This document shows, in pieces, positions 19,675 to 32,531 of a stretch of DNA of 64,000 bases. The notes under the pieces are model-generated. The model was given only the letters and a program-made list of their open reading frames with translations. It did no database searches and was not told the DNA's origin. The stretch's first letter is position 1. Each line of letters opens with the position of its first letter. A program made the position numbers and the translations under genes. The stretch is taken from the sequence record MK250028.1; one strand, written 5' to 3'.

Positions 19675-20457
19675 ATGTCAACATATTAGAAATATCCTTA
19701 TAGTATACCAACGTTTACTATTAGTACACCAGCAAGTTCAGATTTAGTTAATTCTGACGGTGAATATGTATATTTAGGATTTGAAGATGAAGACGGTAAT
19801 TTTGTTGGAAATAATTCAATATCAAGTACAACTTCATTAATAATGTCTCCAAATACTGGAGGCTCTATTATAACGTATTCAACAGATACTACAAAAACTG
19901 CATCAAGAATACATTATTCATTTTCATAGAATACATCTAATACTTATACTATTTCATATAATAATACAGATTTATTTAAGATTGTTACACACAGTACAAG
20001 CGCAACAAAAACATATAATATATATTTAAGTTTAATAAATTTAAAAGATGTTAGTAGTTCTGATAACATTTCATATATATGTATATTTAAAAGCAATGTA
20101 GGTAATTTTCATGTAACTGATATTAATAGATTTGAATTAATGCAGGTATCAGTTTATAATAATTATATATTTTTTGGATATTCTTCAGATTATACAATGA
20201 TTTATGATACTTATAATGATATGAACCTTACATATAAATCAGGAACTAATTTTAGTAAATCAACATATGGTAATTGTTATATTGTTGATATAACAAATGA
20301 AAAAGTTTATATAGATACAAATGGTTATACAACTGAATCTATTACATATACATCTACATATTATATCTTTAGGTATGATGCTGGATATATGCAATACGTT
20401 TCATCTTTTAATATATATAATGATAATAATATCTATACATTAACAGTTACAACATAA
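19675..20457 (+). CDS. BACON-like Ig-fold protein, paralog (TAG=Gln)
   Basis: MSTYQKY start parallels MSTYKKY; YLGFEDEDGNF parallels YFGMEDNDNNF. Confidence 0.6.
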
Positions 20458-20507
20458 AAATAATATCATGAATAAATAATAAAAAGTTATTTTTTGATAT
20501 TATTTAT

Positions 20508-20921
20508 ATGAAAAGACATTCTATTCCATTAAATATACTTGATGAATATGCAAAAACAATTTCATCAAAATAGGTAAAAATGCTTTATGAATCAAAATGC
20601 AATAAGAAATNNNNNNNNNNNNNNNNNNNNNATATGAAATATCAAAATGATAAAAGTTATTCTATATATTTAAATGATTTCACTCTTGATGAAGCACATT
20701 CATCAGTAGACAAAGCATTAGTACGTTATGTAAATAAATATAAACTTCAATTCAACAAGGTATCGGATGGAGTTTACTTCTATACACCACTTGAAGAGAA
20801 TTATATTTCTTTACTTAAAAATCTTGTTCAAGATGGATTTGACATTGAACTCTTAAAGGAAAATGTAGATTCACAAAAAGCAACAGTTTATTTAGAAAAA
20901 TTAAAGTTAAATAAGAAATGA
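20508..20921 (+). CDS. hypothetical late protein (TAG=Gln)
   Basis: ATG 20508 in frame with the 20580 ORF through one TAG. Confidence 0.65.
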
Positions 20922-21625
20922 TTAAGATAAGAAGACGTAAACCTATTTTCGAGGACGATTAGAATACACAGCAATAGCAACAACCCGCAACAAATACTTA
21001 GCAACCAGCTACATAGGTGCCAGCTGCACAACCATAGTAGAATACAACTGCTCCATAGCAACCAACAAATAATCAACAACCAAATCAAACGCAAGATTAG
21101 AATAATAATCAACAACCATATGATTAGAATAATCAACAACAATAGCAACAACCAAATCCTAATGCATAGAAAGTATAGGATACATTGAAACAAATGGAGA
21201 ATACATGGTGGATGATTTCTGTTAACCTTCCTGATGAAATTCAAAAGAATATTCCTGATTTTAAACAAGGTAATCAACAAGCAGATCCAGCAATTAAAGC
21301 ATGGAATGATTTCAAACAAAATCCATCAGAAGATACATTTAAAAATTTCTTAAATGGATTTAAATCATTTGGCGGATTATCTGGTGATTAGAATGCTAAT
21401 AATAATCAACAACCATAGCAGAATAATGGAACAACAACTCAATAGCAACCTGCTAATAATACACAGCAACCTAATCAACAACCATAGCAGAATGTTAATG
21501 CAGGATTAAAAGCCGCATATTCATTCAGAAAGAATTTAATGGAAAATTTAGCTATTGCAAAATAGAAACAATATTATAATACAGTTTGTGAAGATTATTT
21601 TGATAAAAATGAATTTACATTATAA
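20918..21625 (+). CDS. Gln/Asn/Pro-rich low-complexity protein (TAG=Gln)
   Basis: poly-Q tracts written with CAA, CAG and TAG interleaved; ends TAA 21623. Confidence 0.8.
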
Positions 21626-21630
21626 TTATT

Positions 21631-22392
21631 ATGAAGAAATATAAATATGTTTACAACACAAAAACTGGACATTTTATAAAGAAACTTAATGAGGATGATT
21701 CAAATGTAAAAACCGATACAAATCAAGATAATAATAACTCTAATAATTCAACGGATAGTAAAGATGATGCTTCTACTGGAAATACATCTTTTAAATCTGT
21801 TGAGTCTGATGAAACAATTCAAGACCTTACTGCGAAAGCATAGGAAAATGAAAATAAGTTTCAACAAGACTTAAATACGCAATAGAAATTATTAGACGCA
21901 GCCAAAGCTACTGCATCAAATAAAACACCAGCAGGACCATATGATCCTGTTATGACAGATTAGAATGTTTTGAATATCATGAAGAAAATAAATGATATGA
22001 CAAAACAACATGCAATAGATTAGGCAAATTTTCAGGATTAGAAATTAGCTTAGCTTTAGAAATTATCACAAACAAATGAATCATATTATAAAATTCCAGA
22101 GAAATATAAATGGTTGAATGAATCAAATATTCACACAGCGAAAATCTATATGGGTAATCTTATTAAACCTGAAGAAGATGCTCCATTAAAAGGCATGGCT
22201 GATTTTAAGCGAGCGTTTAAAGATACTGACTTACTTTATGGAAAAGATAAGAACGGATACTTCGTTGTTTGTGTGGATTAGGAAGATTTTAATACTTTAT
22301 ATGACACTCTTGAAGAAAATTCTTATGTTAGAGACGAAATAATTGATACAGTTATGCCTTAGTTATTTGACAGACATGAAATGATCCAATAA
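21631..22392 (+). CDS. hypothetical late (possible head) protein (TAG=Gln)
   Basis: open to TAA 22390 under code 15. Confidence 0.7.
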
Positions 22393-22416
22393 AAATAATT
22401 ACATTAATATAAATTT

Positions 22417-23196
22417 ATGCAATATATAAGAACCACAGAAGATTTAGATCAAGATTTAATTTTATATGGAACATATCTGTTATATAATCCAACGACAAAT
22501 GTAACAAAGTTAAAAGTTTCAGAAAAACCTATATATATAGGATTAGATGATTTCGTTGAAGTATTAAATAGTCTTAAGAAGATTGCATCTGATTTAAAAA
22601 TAGTTCCTAATGAATATCCTGTATATCAATATATTCGTAGTAACAAATATAATGGTTCGACATGGAATATTGTTGCAGGTGTGGTTAATTCAGAGTTTAA
22701 AAAGATTGCAGATAAAGAATACTCAATGATTCCTAATATATAGAAGTTAATTCTTCCTAATAAGGAATATATTGATTTCCCACATTTTGCCGCTGTTTTC
22801 AATGGTCTCATTAATAAGCATGGTGACCTTTGTGGATATTGTGGTGATATTGTTCAGTTCGCAAAAGATATAAAAGAAAATCCAATGGTTGAATTTCCAT
22901 CTGGACATTTTGGAATCGAAGATTTAAGAACAGATATTGACGCTTATAATATATTTAAGATGAATAATAGCGATACGATAAATTCATTTAAATCTTATTA
23001 TGAAAATATGTCTGATAAGAAACGATTTTCATTATTTTTAGAAGATCATCCAAATATACTTGATAGCTTTAATAATTCAACCGATAATTTTTATCTTAAT
23101 ATATTAAAGCAAACAACAGATAAAGATTTAACAGATGAACATATAAAATTAGCATGTTAGAAAATGCAATTATATTTAGAAAATAATAAAGGTTGA
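22417..23196 (+). CDS. hypothetical late protein (TAG=Gln)
   Basis: joins ORFs 22417 and 22885 in one frame, ends TGA 23194. Confidence 0.7.
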
Positions 23197-23220
23197 GAAT
23201 AAACAAAATTCTCAACCTTT
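23188..23220. terminator. bidirectional intrinsic terminator
   Basis: AAAGGTTGAGAAT/ATTCTCAACCTTT hairpin between convergent genes. Confidence 0.75.
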
Positions 23221-23227
23221 TCTTTTA

Positions 23228-23875
23228 TTATAAGCTTTCTATATATTTCTTTATTCCTTCTACATGAATATCAATTATAGTATTCCTGCCTTCGTTACTC
23301 AATAGCCAGGAAGCATCTTCCTTGTTGTCCATAAACATATTCTCTGTTAAACATGCTGGACAATTTGTTTTACTTAATACATAGTAATTTGCTTCTTGAT
23401 CAGGATCACCATCTGAATAATCAGGTCGAAGTTTCTTTCCTAATGGTGTTAGTTTTTCTTCTGCTACTTTATATAATGCAGTTGCTAATTTATCACCTTC
23501 TGTTTGACCTTTACTTGTATATACAGACCATCCTTGTGCTTTATACCACTCACCATTTCCAGCTGCATTTACATGAATAGAAATAAAAATAGCTTTATTT
23601 CCAGATTTCTTTTCTTCTGCATATTTTGCATTAGCACGTTGAACGCGAAGACTTAAATCATGAGACTGACTTGTAATCTCTTCAACTTCAGGATGAACAA
23701 TATAACATCTATAACCTTCAGAAATTAATTTATTATAAACTTCATATCCTATTGCGCGAACATATGCATATTCTTTTAATTTAGTCTATGCATTATCAAA
23801 CACCGGACTGGATTTGCCAGGTGTATTTTGTCCGTGACCCATATCAAGCATTACTAAAACTTTACTCTTTTCCAT
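23228..23875 (-). CDS. N-acetylmuramoyl-L-alanine amidase (Amidase_3), probable endolysin (one TAG)
   Basis: LDMGHGQNTPGKSSP, LKEY, FISIHVNA, YYVLSKTNCPACLTENMFMDN; single in-frame TAG at 23786-23788. Confidence 0.92.
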
Positions 23876-23877
23876 AA

Positions 23878-25341
23878 TCAATAACTTTTATCATATAATT
23901 TAAATGTATCTACTGCTAATTCTTTCAAACAATTATTACTTAAACATACTCCATCATTTCCAGCCGTAGGCGCTAAGAAATTCTTCCATTTGTCTGAAAT
24001 ACTCTTATTTACCTTAATTGTTTTCCTATTGCGTTTACCTTGTTTAATTTCATCTTTACATCTCTATAAAGTAGAATTAAGATTATCATATATTTTTTGA
24101 ATATCTTCCTTATCCAATATATAAACGATATAATCAATATTACTAGTTCCTATATATCTTGGAAATAATACATATTTTATATTATCATCTGATAATATAT
24201 CCATTCCGCCTTTACGAGATATAGGAATTCTGAAATTATCTTCACTTGTACTCTTACGTTCAACAACAGCAAGCTCAAATTTTGCAGGATAATTTGGAAC
24301 ATTTGTTCTATTAGCAATATAAAAATCTCTACTACCAATACGCCTAGATGGTTCTCTTAATGATGCATACCCAAATTTATTTTTTAATACACCCTATATT
24401 CTCTATTTTAAATGAGAAGACGGATTATTATGCCCATAATCATATCTATCTTCATTAAGTGATTTCTTCACGCTAACTGCAATGGATTCAATTAAAGATT
24501 TATATAGTTCTTTTTTATTATTCATATTTTCAGTTAACTATAATTTTGATAACATATTTATTATTCGTTTATCAATGACAGCATACTAATCTATATCATC
24601 TACCATATCTGCATTTTCTATAATAGCTTTAAAAAATTCGTTGTTAACCTTATTATACATATAAAATGGAACATTATCTATATAACATGTACTTGTATTA
24701 AACAATACATATTTAAATTGCTTAATTAACTATTTAAATAATTCAACCAAACATTTTTCGTTTTCAAACTAACATTGTCTAATATAAACATTATTTGCTA
24801 ATTGACTTAATCCCTAATTTACAATCTAAGGAAAATTCTAAACAAATTTTAAAGTTAATTTATCATCTGTACTAGTTATCTATCTTTTATTTGATGTCTA
24901 TATAACAAATCTTTTTCTTTTATCTTTTAATTCAAATATGATCTTATCTGTTATCATATTATATTCATTAAACAACATATTAGCAAATGGTATCGCACAT
25001 GCATCATCATCTACAATTATATCATTATTTTCATACTATGCAGGATAAACCTATATGTAATTCAAATGTGTAAATGAATCATTAAAACTGAATAAGCATG
25101 ACAACATATTATATGTATACGGTAATATATCACCTTCACGTGTTTTATACTAACCTGAACAATGCTAAGGTTCATCATCTAATATTAATAAATAATGATC
25201 CTATACAACAGGAAACTAATATCTTTCTGTACCTAATTTCTTTATTAGTAACTATCCTATTTCTATAGGTACTGTTGTTCTCATTATAGAATTTGTTAAT
25301 TCAATATTATTACCAAAATCTATGTCATTAAATAAACCCAT
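23878..25341 (-). CDS. hypothetical late protein, possibly two fused units (TAG=Gln)
   Basis: no TAA/TGA in frame from 25341 to 23878; internal ATG at 24525 begins a leader-like segment. Confidence 0.6.
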
Positions 25342-25372
25342 TAAATATAAAATAACTATTTATTGTATTTAT

Positions 25373-25714
25373 TTAAAATGGTAATTCTTCACTAGGATCT
25401 TGCTGATAGAATGGAAGACAATTATTTCCGTAATGTTTCTTGAAATACTTTTTCTGAATCTTTTTTTCTTCACGTGATTGTCTCATTGATTCCCTCGATA
25501 CTGTGAAACTTGGACAATTTTCACAAATACCATACATATATTCATGTCTCTCGTTCTCTATATCATCATATGTTCTATTAGTAAAATGAGGTTGACGAGC
25601 ACAATGGAACCATGAAATAAACATAGGATATGGATCATCAGTTACCATATCATCATAAGATTTATCATGCGTACACTGACACATACAATATTTCTTTCTT
25701 AATCTACTTTTCAT
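25373..25714 (-). CDS. Cys-rich hypothetical protein
   Basis: CxC and CxxC motifs in a 113-aa ORF. Confidence 0.6.
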   Translation of the reverse strand: MKSRLRKKYCMCQCTHDKSYDDMVTDDPYPMFISWFHCARQPHFTNRTYDDIENERHEYMYGICENCPSFTVSRESMRQSREEKKIQKKYFKKHYGNNCLPFYQQDPSEELPF

Positions 25715-25830
25715 ATTTGTTAAATTTTAAACCATTATTATATAGTTTATATAATAATGTATAACTAATGTTTACTAAACTTTATTTTTATAATTAAATA
25801 CAATAATTATAAAATATTTTATTTATAGTT

Positions 25831-26967
25831 ATGACAGATATAGAATGTTTAGAATTTTATAATAAAAATATTAAATACAAACGATTTCATAAGAATTATT
25901 TAATTAAGATATATCCTGAATTTATGAAATATATACAAAATAGATTTTCGAATTTATCTGGTGATGAATCAGTTAAAGAATTAATATATAGAATAAAATA
26001 TAAATTAGTAGAAAAACCTAAATGTCCTATTTGTGGTAAATTACTTAAATTTATTAATATTAAAAATAAATACCAAACATTTTGTTCAAGAAAATGTCAA
26101 TTTTCTGATGAAGGACAATAGATACAATCTCAACTTAGATTTAATACAAAATTAAAGCGCTATGGAAATGGCACGTTCACAAATAGTGATAAAGCAAAGA
26201 NNNNNNNNNNNNNNNNNNNNNNAGTTACAAATGTCGGAGCTGTAAAAGAAGTAAGAGATAAAGTAAAAGAAACATGTTTAAAGAAATTTGGTGTAGATAA
26301 TCCCATTAAAAATAAAAATATAAAAGATAAAGTTAAGCAAACATGTTTAATGAAATTTGGTAGTGAAACGCCATTTGAATCAAATGATATATAGAAGAAA
26401 GTAAAACAAACATGTATAGAAAAGTATGGTGTAAAAAATATAATGCAACTTGAAGAAACGAAAGAAAAAATTAAGCAAACATGTTTAATGAAATATGGTG
26501 TAGAATATCCTATGCAATATAAAGATATAATGTTAAAATCTTTTAAAACATGCTGGCAATTAAAAAAAGGAAATAGAAGNNNNNNNNNNNNNNNNNNNNN
26601 NNNNNNNNNNNNNNNTACATTTATAGATAAAGATACAAAAAGACAATATTATTCAGAATTATATCCCTTTCATTGTGACTTTTATTTACCAAAATATGAT
26701 CTATATATAGAATATAATGGAACATGGACACATGGGAAACATCCATATAACAAAGATAATGAAGATGATATAGAATTACTCAATAAATGGAAAATTAAAG
26801 CAGAAAATAGTACATTTTATAAAAATGCAATTAAAAATTGGACTGTTAGAGATCCATTAAAAAGGCAAACAGCAAAATATAATAATTTAAATTATTTAGA
26901 AATATTTTATAATGATGATTATAAAACATATATATCTAATTATATAAATAGAATAAATGCTAAATAA
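25831..26967 (+). mobile_element. free-standing homing endonuclease gene (TAG=Gln)
   Basis: KPKCPICGK Zn knuckle, several KxTCLxK(Y/F)GVxxP repeats, C-terminal CDFYLPKYDLYIEYNG PD-(D/E)xK-like nuclease; two N gaps. Confidence 0.8.
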
Positions 26968-26976
26968 TTTAATTAT

Positions 26977-29139
26977 ATGGCAAGACGAAGTTCAACTATT
27001 AGAGATATTAGGGCAAACGCATTAGATAAGTAGTCAGAAAGTGTAAAAATGTCAACTGTCTATACAACTGCAAAAATTAATTAGATATTAGACGATATAA
27101 AGAAAGGTAAAAAACCAGATCTCAACCCATTTTATCATGGTAAAAAAGATTTGAGAGATTCAGGAATTACTTTTGAACGAACAGAAGAGGAAGATGAAGA
27201 ATATAAAAAATGTGCAATGAATTGTATATATTTTGTTTCTAAATATGTGAAGTTTAGAAACGATAAAGGATTTACATTAGTTAAATTAAGAGATTATCAA
27301 GAAGATGTTCTTCATCTTTTTTCTGATGAAATATGGGATGAGTCTTTACAAGATGTCCGTATGAAAAACCGTAGGGTAATCCTCCTGTAGGCACGTCAAA
27401 CGGCTAAATCCACAACTTGTGTTGCGTATTTTGTGTGGTATTTGATTTTCCATGCAGACCGTAACTTGATGATCACAGCTAATAAAGAATCAACAACTAA
27501 AGAGATCCTTAAAAAATGTATGGATGTATTCAAAGCATTGCCATATTTCTTAAAACCTGGTATTGAAGAATATAGTAAAACCACATTAAGAACTGAAAAT
27601 GGTTGTTCGCTTCGCGCAGTTGCAACTACAGGTGATTCAGCAACAGGTGATTCAATAAATATTTTGCTCATAGATGAATGTGCGTTGATATCACAAAATA
27701 TAATTAAAGAATTCTGGGGTTCTGTATATCCAACTATGTCAAATTTCCAATAGTCTTAGATTATAGTGTTGTCAACACCACGTGGAAGAACAGGACTTTA
27801 TTATGAGTTATGGGAAGGTGCGTAGAACGGAAAGAATGGATTTGTATCTAAACGCGTGGACTGGTGGCAAGTACCTGGACGTGATGAGAAATGGAAATAG
27901 GATTAGATTTCTGTATTCGGACAGGATCTTTGGGAACGTGAGTTTGAATTATCGTTTGATACTAATGAGTCAAGACTTCTTTCTAAAACAGCATTAGAAA
28001 AAATAGATCATATAAAGAGAAAATTTGAACATGTAGATATATATGGTGTTCCTAAGAGAGTGTCTGATAAGATATATTGGGATCCTGAATTTCATCCTGA
28101 TTAGTTAACATATGAAGATAAGATATAGAGACGATTTGTATGTATAATTGATACAGCAGAAGGTAAAGAAGCTGGTGAATATGGTAAGGAAGACGCGGAT
28201 TATAATGTCATGAATATATTTGAAATGAAATTATTAGATCCTGAAACCATATTGAAGAATCGATTAGGTTATAAAGCGGTTACATATATGAATTGTATAT
28301 GTTTAGAATAGGTAGGAATTTATATTGATAATAATTTCGATGAAGAAGCATGCGCAGAAGCAGCGCAACATATAGCATTTGACGTATTCAGTAACGGTGG
28401 TGGTTATCAAGGTGAAATTGATAACATGAGAATATTGTTTGAGAAAAATTTCAATGGTAAGAATTTTTTAAAGACATTTGCAAAGCATGATTAGTATTAT
28501 GAAACCATTATATAGGGATTCTTAACAACAGGTGGAAATCACGGTAAGAAATATTTCTGCGAGTTAGGTTCCAAACTTATAGATTTAGGATAGATTATAG
28601 TTAAGTAGGATCATGAAATTCCCGTTATGTCAACAGTTGAATAGTTGAAATCATTTGGTAAAGTTAAGAATAGTTATGCAGGTTTATCAATGCATGATGA
28701 TATTGCAGTTACAGTATTATTTGCTAGTAGATTTTTTGATGATGATGCTAATTTTGAATGGTTAGATGAATGGTTTAGTCAACTTCCTAATTATAATTAT
28801 TCAACGATGGAAGAGAGAAATAAAGTTAATACTATATTGAATTATCTTCAAATATATGAATATACGAATGAAGATGATGATTAGGAATCATAGAATTATG
28901 CAGAATTATCTAATATTGCTACTTCAGGATTTGGACAGATTACACAACAGGCATAGGGAACTTATGGTTCATTGATGCATGGACAAAATACATCAAATCC
29001 TTATTAGAATATGAATAATAATTATCCTATGATGAATGGTAATAATTATTATCAGTAGAATAACATGCAACCACAATATTCTGGTACATATTCAAGTCTT
29101 AGAAATAATATTACAAATTCTAGATTTATTCGCAGATAA
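26977..29139 (+). CDS. terL: terminase large subunit, T4 gp17-like (TAG=Gln)
   Basis: Walker A ARQTAKST, Walker B LLIDE, STPRG coupling motif, nuclease IDTAEG...DYN and HDD; about twenty in-frame TAGs and no TAA/TGA until 29137. Confidence 0.93.
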
Positions 29140-29169
29140 AAATAAATAATTAAAATACATTTATTTTTA

Positions 29170-30684
29170 ATGGATAGAAAATTATATAAATCATTAATAG
29201 AAGGAATATCTTAGTCATTGAAGGAAAGTTTGTTTGATGATGAGACTGATGAACTTTTGAATAATGGTGATAATTATGATAATGTTAGTTTAATGGATGA
29301 TGAGTTAAAGGAACTTATATTAAATTCATTATGTACAATAGATGATTACCATATTGTAAAATCAGATGAAAATGATGGTTTACCAATGATTAAATAGGAT
29401 CCTGAAAATACATTAAGATATTATATCGCTCCATATAGAACATATAAAACTGAAGGACTTGGACCAAGGAAGAGAAAACGATATACGTTAAATTATTTTT
29501 ACAGATATATATTAACATTTGATAATAATGGTGGAATGACATTAGATATAACAAAATTTGGAGATAAACCAAACTTTATTATTAATCTTCCATTATATAA
29601 ATTTATTTGTAAAACACCATATACAATAAATGAGATAAAGCATCATTATCCATATAATGAATATAAAGAATACGCAGAACATCAATGGGAAAAGATTTGG
29701 ATATTTGAAGGAACACCGTATGGAAGTCAAAAACATATACCTAATAGTTTTGTTAAGAATTTTCCAGAAATTATATCTCCTACTTTTTCTGATGAATTTA
29801 AAGATGATATGAATCCATCCACCAAATCTGTTATATCTAGGAATTGGTTTAAATCAGATGAAATGTTTTTATTATTCATTAAAAAGTTAGTTAATAATCA
29901 GGCATGTATTGCAGATGAAAATTTCTTTGTTTATAATTAGAATACTATAGATGAAAGAGAAAAAGAAATTTTATCTGGTGATTAGGATAAACAAATAGCT
30001 AATGAAAATGATGAAAAATTAAATTTCAGTAGGGATGTACTCGGCGAAAAATATTATCAAAAATTCTAGCAAATTTAGCAATATTTTTAGCAAAATAATA
30101 CAAAATTTTACTTAAAAACTATAAATACTTTAAGAACATGTAAAATTTGCTTAAAAGATACTATTCTTAATTTAAGGAAAGAAAACGGTTTTATATTTGA
30201 TGATATTGATAATGTAGAAGAACCAAATAGAATAGAACCATTCTTCGAAAAACAACTTTTATATAAAATGTTTTATATAATGAAATCATAGAAACTAAAT
30301 GATTGGAAAGTCGATTAGACATATGATGATTGTATTCATGGTGTTGCTAAATCATTTAATTTCTATACAACAACCACAAGTTATTATGATTTAAATTCAT
30401 TACCTATAAAGTTTGATAGTGATGATGCAATATATAAATTATATTATGTAATAGGTAAGGCAATAGCAGACAGTAAATCTATATATGATATTGGTTTAAA
30501 AGAATTTGAAAAATATTATTATAAAGATGATATAACATTAGGTCCAACAGAAGTATTAAGATCTTAGGATATAGAGAAAGCGAATAATACATCTTTTGAT
30601 ATACATAATTTTGATTATACATATTTAACAAATTAGTTAAAAACTATTATTGATAAAACATGTAAAAAATATAAACTAAAGTAA
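29170..30684 (+). CDS. hypothetical late protein with KLYKSLIE leader (TAG=Gln)
   Basis: open to TAA 30682 under code 15. Confidence 0.7.
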
Positions 30685-30695
30685 TTTAATAAATT

Positions 30696-31289
30696 ATGAG
30701 GATAACTACATTAGAACAATTAAAAGAATATACCACATATACATATTTTAAAAATAATGATCCTGAATATACAAAAAAGAAAAAGGTATATATATGTCAA
30801 CCTGTTAATTATATAGATGAAGGTTTGAAACATATGGATATATGGTCTGGATATATTTTCTATAAGACTAATGCAAATTCTCGTAAAGTCGGTTTTTATG
30901 GATTTATGTTAGATATTGATAATGATCCTACATATAAAAAGAAAACGAAAGGTCAACCTGAATATATGCGAAAATTATCACCTATGTGGTATGTTAATAA
31001 AACTTTATATAAAACACAAAGTGAAGAAAATGTTAAGTTGTTTCCAGATTTAAAATTAGAAGAAAATTTTTTAATCGAGAAAAATAAAGCTATATTTACA
31101 TTAAAGAAAGAAGCAGAACAATATATAAAGGATATTAAAAACAACATTATTAAATTACCTGAGGTTGAACATATAGTTACGATGAAAACATGGTATAAAG
31201 ATAAAGACGGTAATAAGATAGAAGAAACTTCTGTAAAACATTTGCCAAGTGGTAGAACTGATGTAACAAGAAAAATAGTTAAAGAATAA
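30696..31289 (+). CDS. hypothetical protein
   Basis: 197-aa ORF followed by a hairpin terminator. Confidence 0.7.
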   Translation: MRITTLEQLKEYTTYTYFKNNDPEYTKKKKVYICQPVNYIDEGLKHMDIWSGYIFYKTNANSRKVGFYGFMLDIDNDPTYKKKTKGQPEYMRKLSPMWYVNKTLYKTQSEENVKLFPDLKLEENFLIEKNKAIFTLKKEAEQYIKDIKNNIIKLPEVEHIVTMKTWYKDKDGNKIEETSVKHLPSGRTDVTRKIVKE

Positions 31290-31376
31290 TATAAATAAAA
31301 GTCTTCATATTAGTTTATGAAGACTTTTTCTTTTTTATGACTATATAAATGTTAATTAACTATAATTTAATAATAG

Positions 31377-32531
31377 ATGAATACAGAAAATAAATTTAAT
31401 TATGTTCTCGTTGGTGGAACATACAATGATAATAAAGGTAAAGAATCTGGAGTTGTAAATAAATTATATCATGCATTAGGAACATTTAATGCAAAAATGT
31501 ATAATGGTGGTAATTACTATGATTTAGTCGGAGAAGCATTATCCGCCATTTCAGAAACAGATCTTATTATATGGATGGCAGATGTTGATAACAAAAAAGA
31601 GAAAGTGTATCCAAAGAAAAATACCGGTTCTGTTTTGATTTGTTCAAAAGTTATTCGTGATGATTATACTTATAAGGATGCAATAGCACGTATATTCAAA
31701 ATGCATGGTAATGCCGTCATTGCAATTACAAAGGATAATGAAACAAATATGTTTGTATTTGAATTTTGGGACGCATTAGCAAACTGTTGGTATAGAGGAA
31801 GTGATATTGAAAAACTTGCATTAACTATATATCGTTTTTATATATTCAGTAGAGGTAGTATTCGCAGGCAAACATATAGAGATAAATCATTAGTTTCATA
31901 TAATGATGGAAGACCAGATGATTTGAATGATTTCATTAAGTTAAACAATGGATTAGCAGATTTTATTCAAACTTCATGCGGAGATAGGTTTTTTGGGAAT
32001 TTGTCCACAAGATGTCAGAAGTTATTTCCATCAGAACGAAAAGGTAAATTTATTTATGTAAGTCCAAGAAACGTAGATAAGAATAGATTAACACCATCTG
32101 ATTTTGTATTGTTTGATACTGATGATTATTCTTATTATGCAGTAGACGAAAAAATGAAACCTTCTGTTGATTCTCCTGTACAAGCAGAATTATATAAGGA
32201 ATTCCCGACAATTAATTATATGATTCATGGACATGCATTTGTACATGTAATGAAAGATATAGATGAAGCAAATATACCAGTTGCAAGTACAGAGAATTAT
32301 TTTCCATGTGGTGATCTCAGGGAATTGTCAGAAGTAAAGAAATTAATGAAGTTCATTATATATGATGAATGTCATAAGAACTATGGTATCATTAATCTTA
32401 AAGGACATGGTTTTTTAATGTTCAGTCAGACTTTTGAACAAATGCAATATATGATTAATGATATACATTCATTTGTTATGAATGATGGTAATAGATTATT
32501 TAATTTAAAGCTAATTGATTATGGGATTTAA
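31377..32531 (+). CDS. class II aldolase/adducin-like domain protein
   Basis: GNLSTR, KPSVDSPVQAELY, MIHGH, LKGHG metal-binding pattern. Confidence 0.75.
   Translation: MNTENKFNYVLVGGTYNDNKGKESGVVNKLYHALGTFNAKMYNGGNYYDLVGEALSAISETDLIIWMADVDNKKEKVYPKKNTGSVLICSKVIRDDYTYKDAIARIFKMHGNAVIAITKDNETNMFVFEFWDALANCWYRGSDIEKLALTIYRFYIFSRGSIRRQTYRDKSLVSYNDGRPDDLNDFIKLNNGLADFIQTSCGDRFFGNLSTRCQKLFPSERKGKFIYVSPRNVDKNRLTPSDFVLFDTDDYSYYAVDEKMKPSVDSPVQAELYKEFPTINYMIHGHAFVHVMKDIDEANIPVASTENYFPCGDLRELSEVKKLMKFIIYDECHKNYGIINLKGHGFLMFSQTFEQMQYMINDIHSFVMNDGNRLFNLKLIDYGI

Noticed and set aside
20888-21319. Leu-rich minus-strand ORF
   Set aside because: Antisense shadow of the poly-Gln gene (CAA/TAG read backwards as TTG/CTA)
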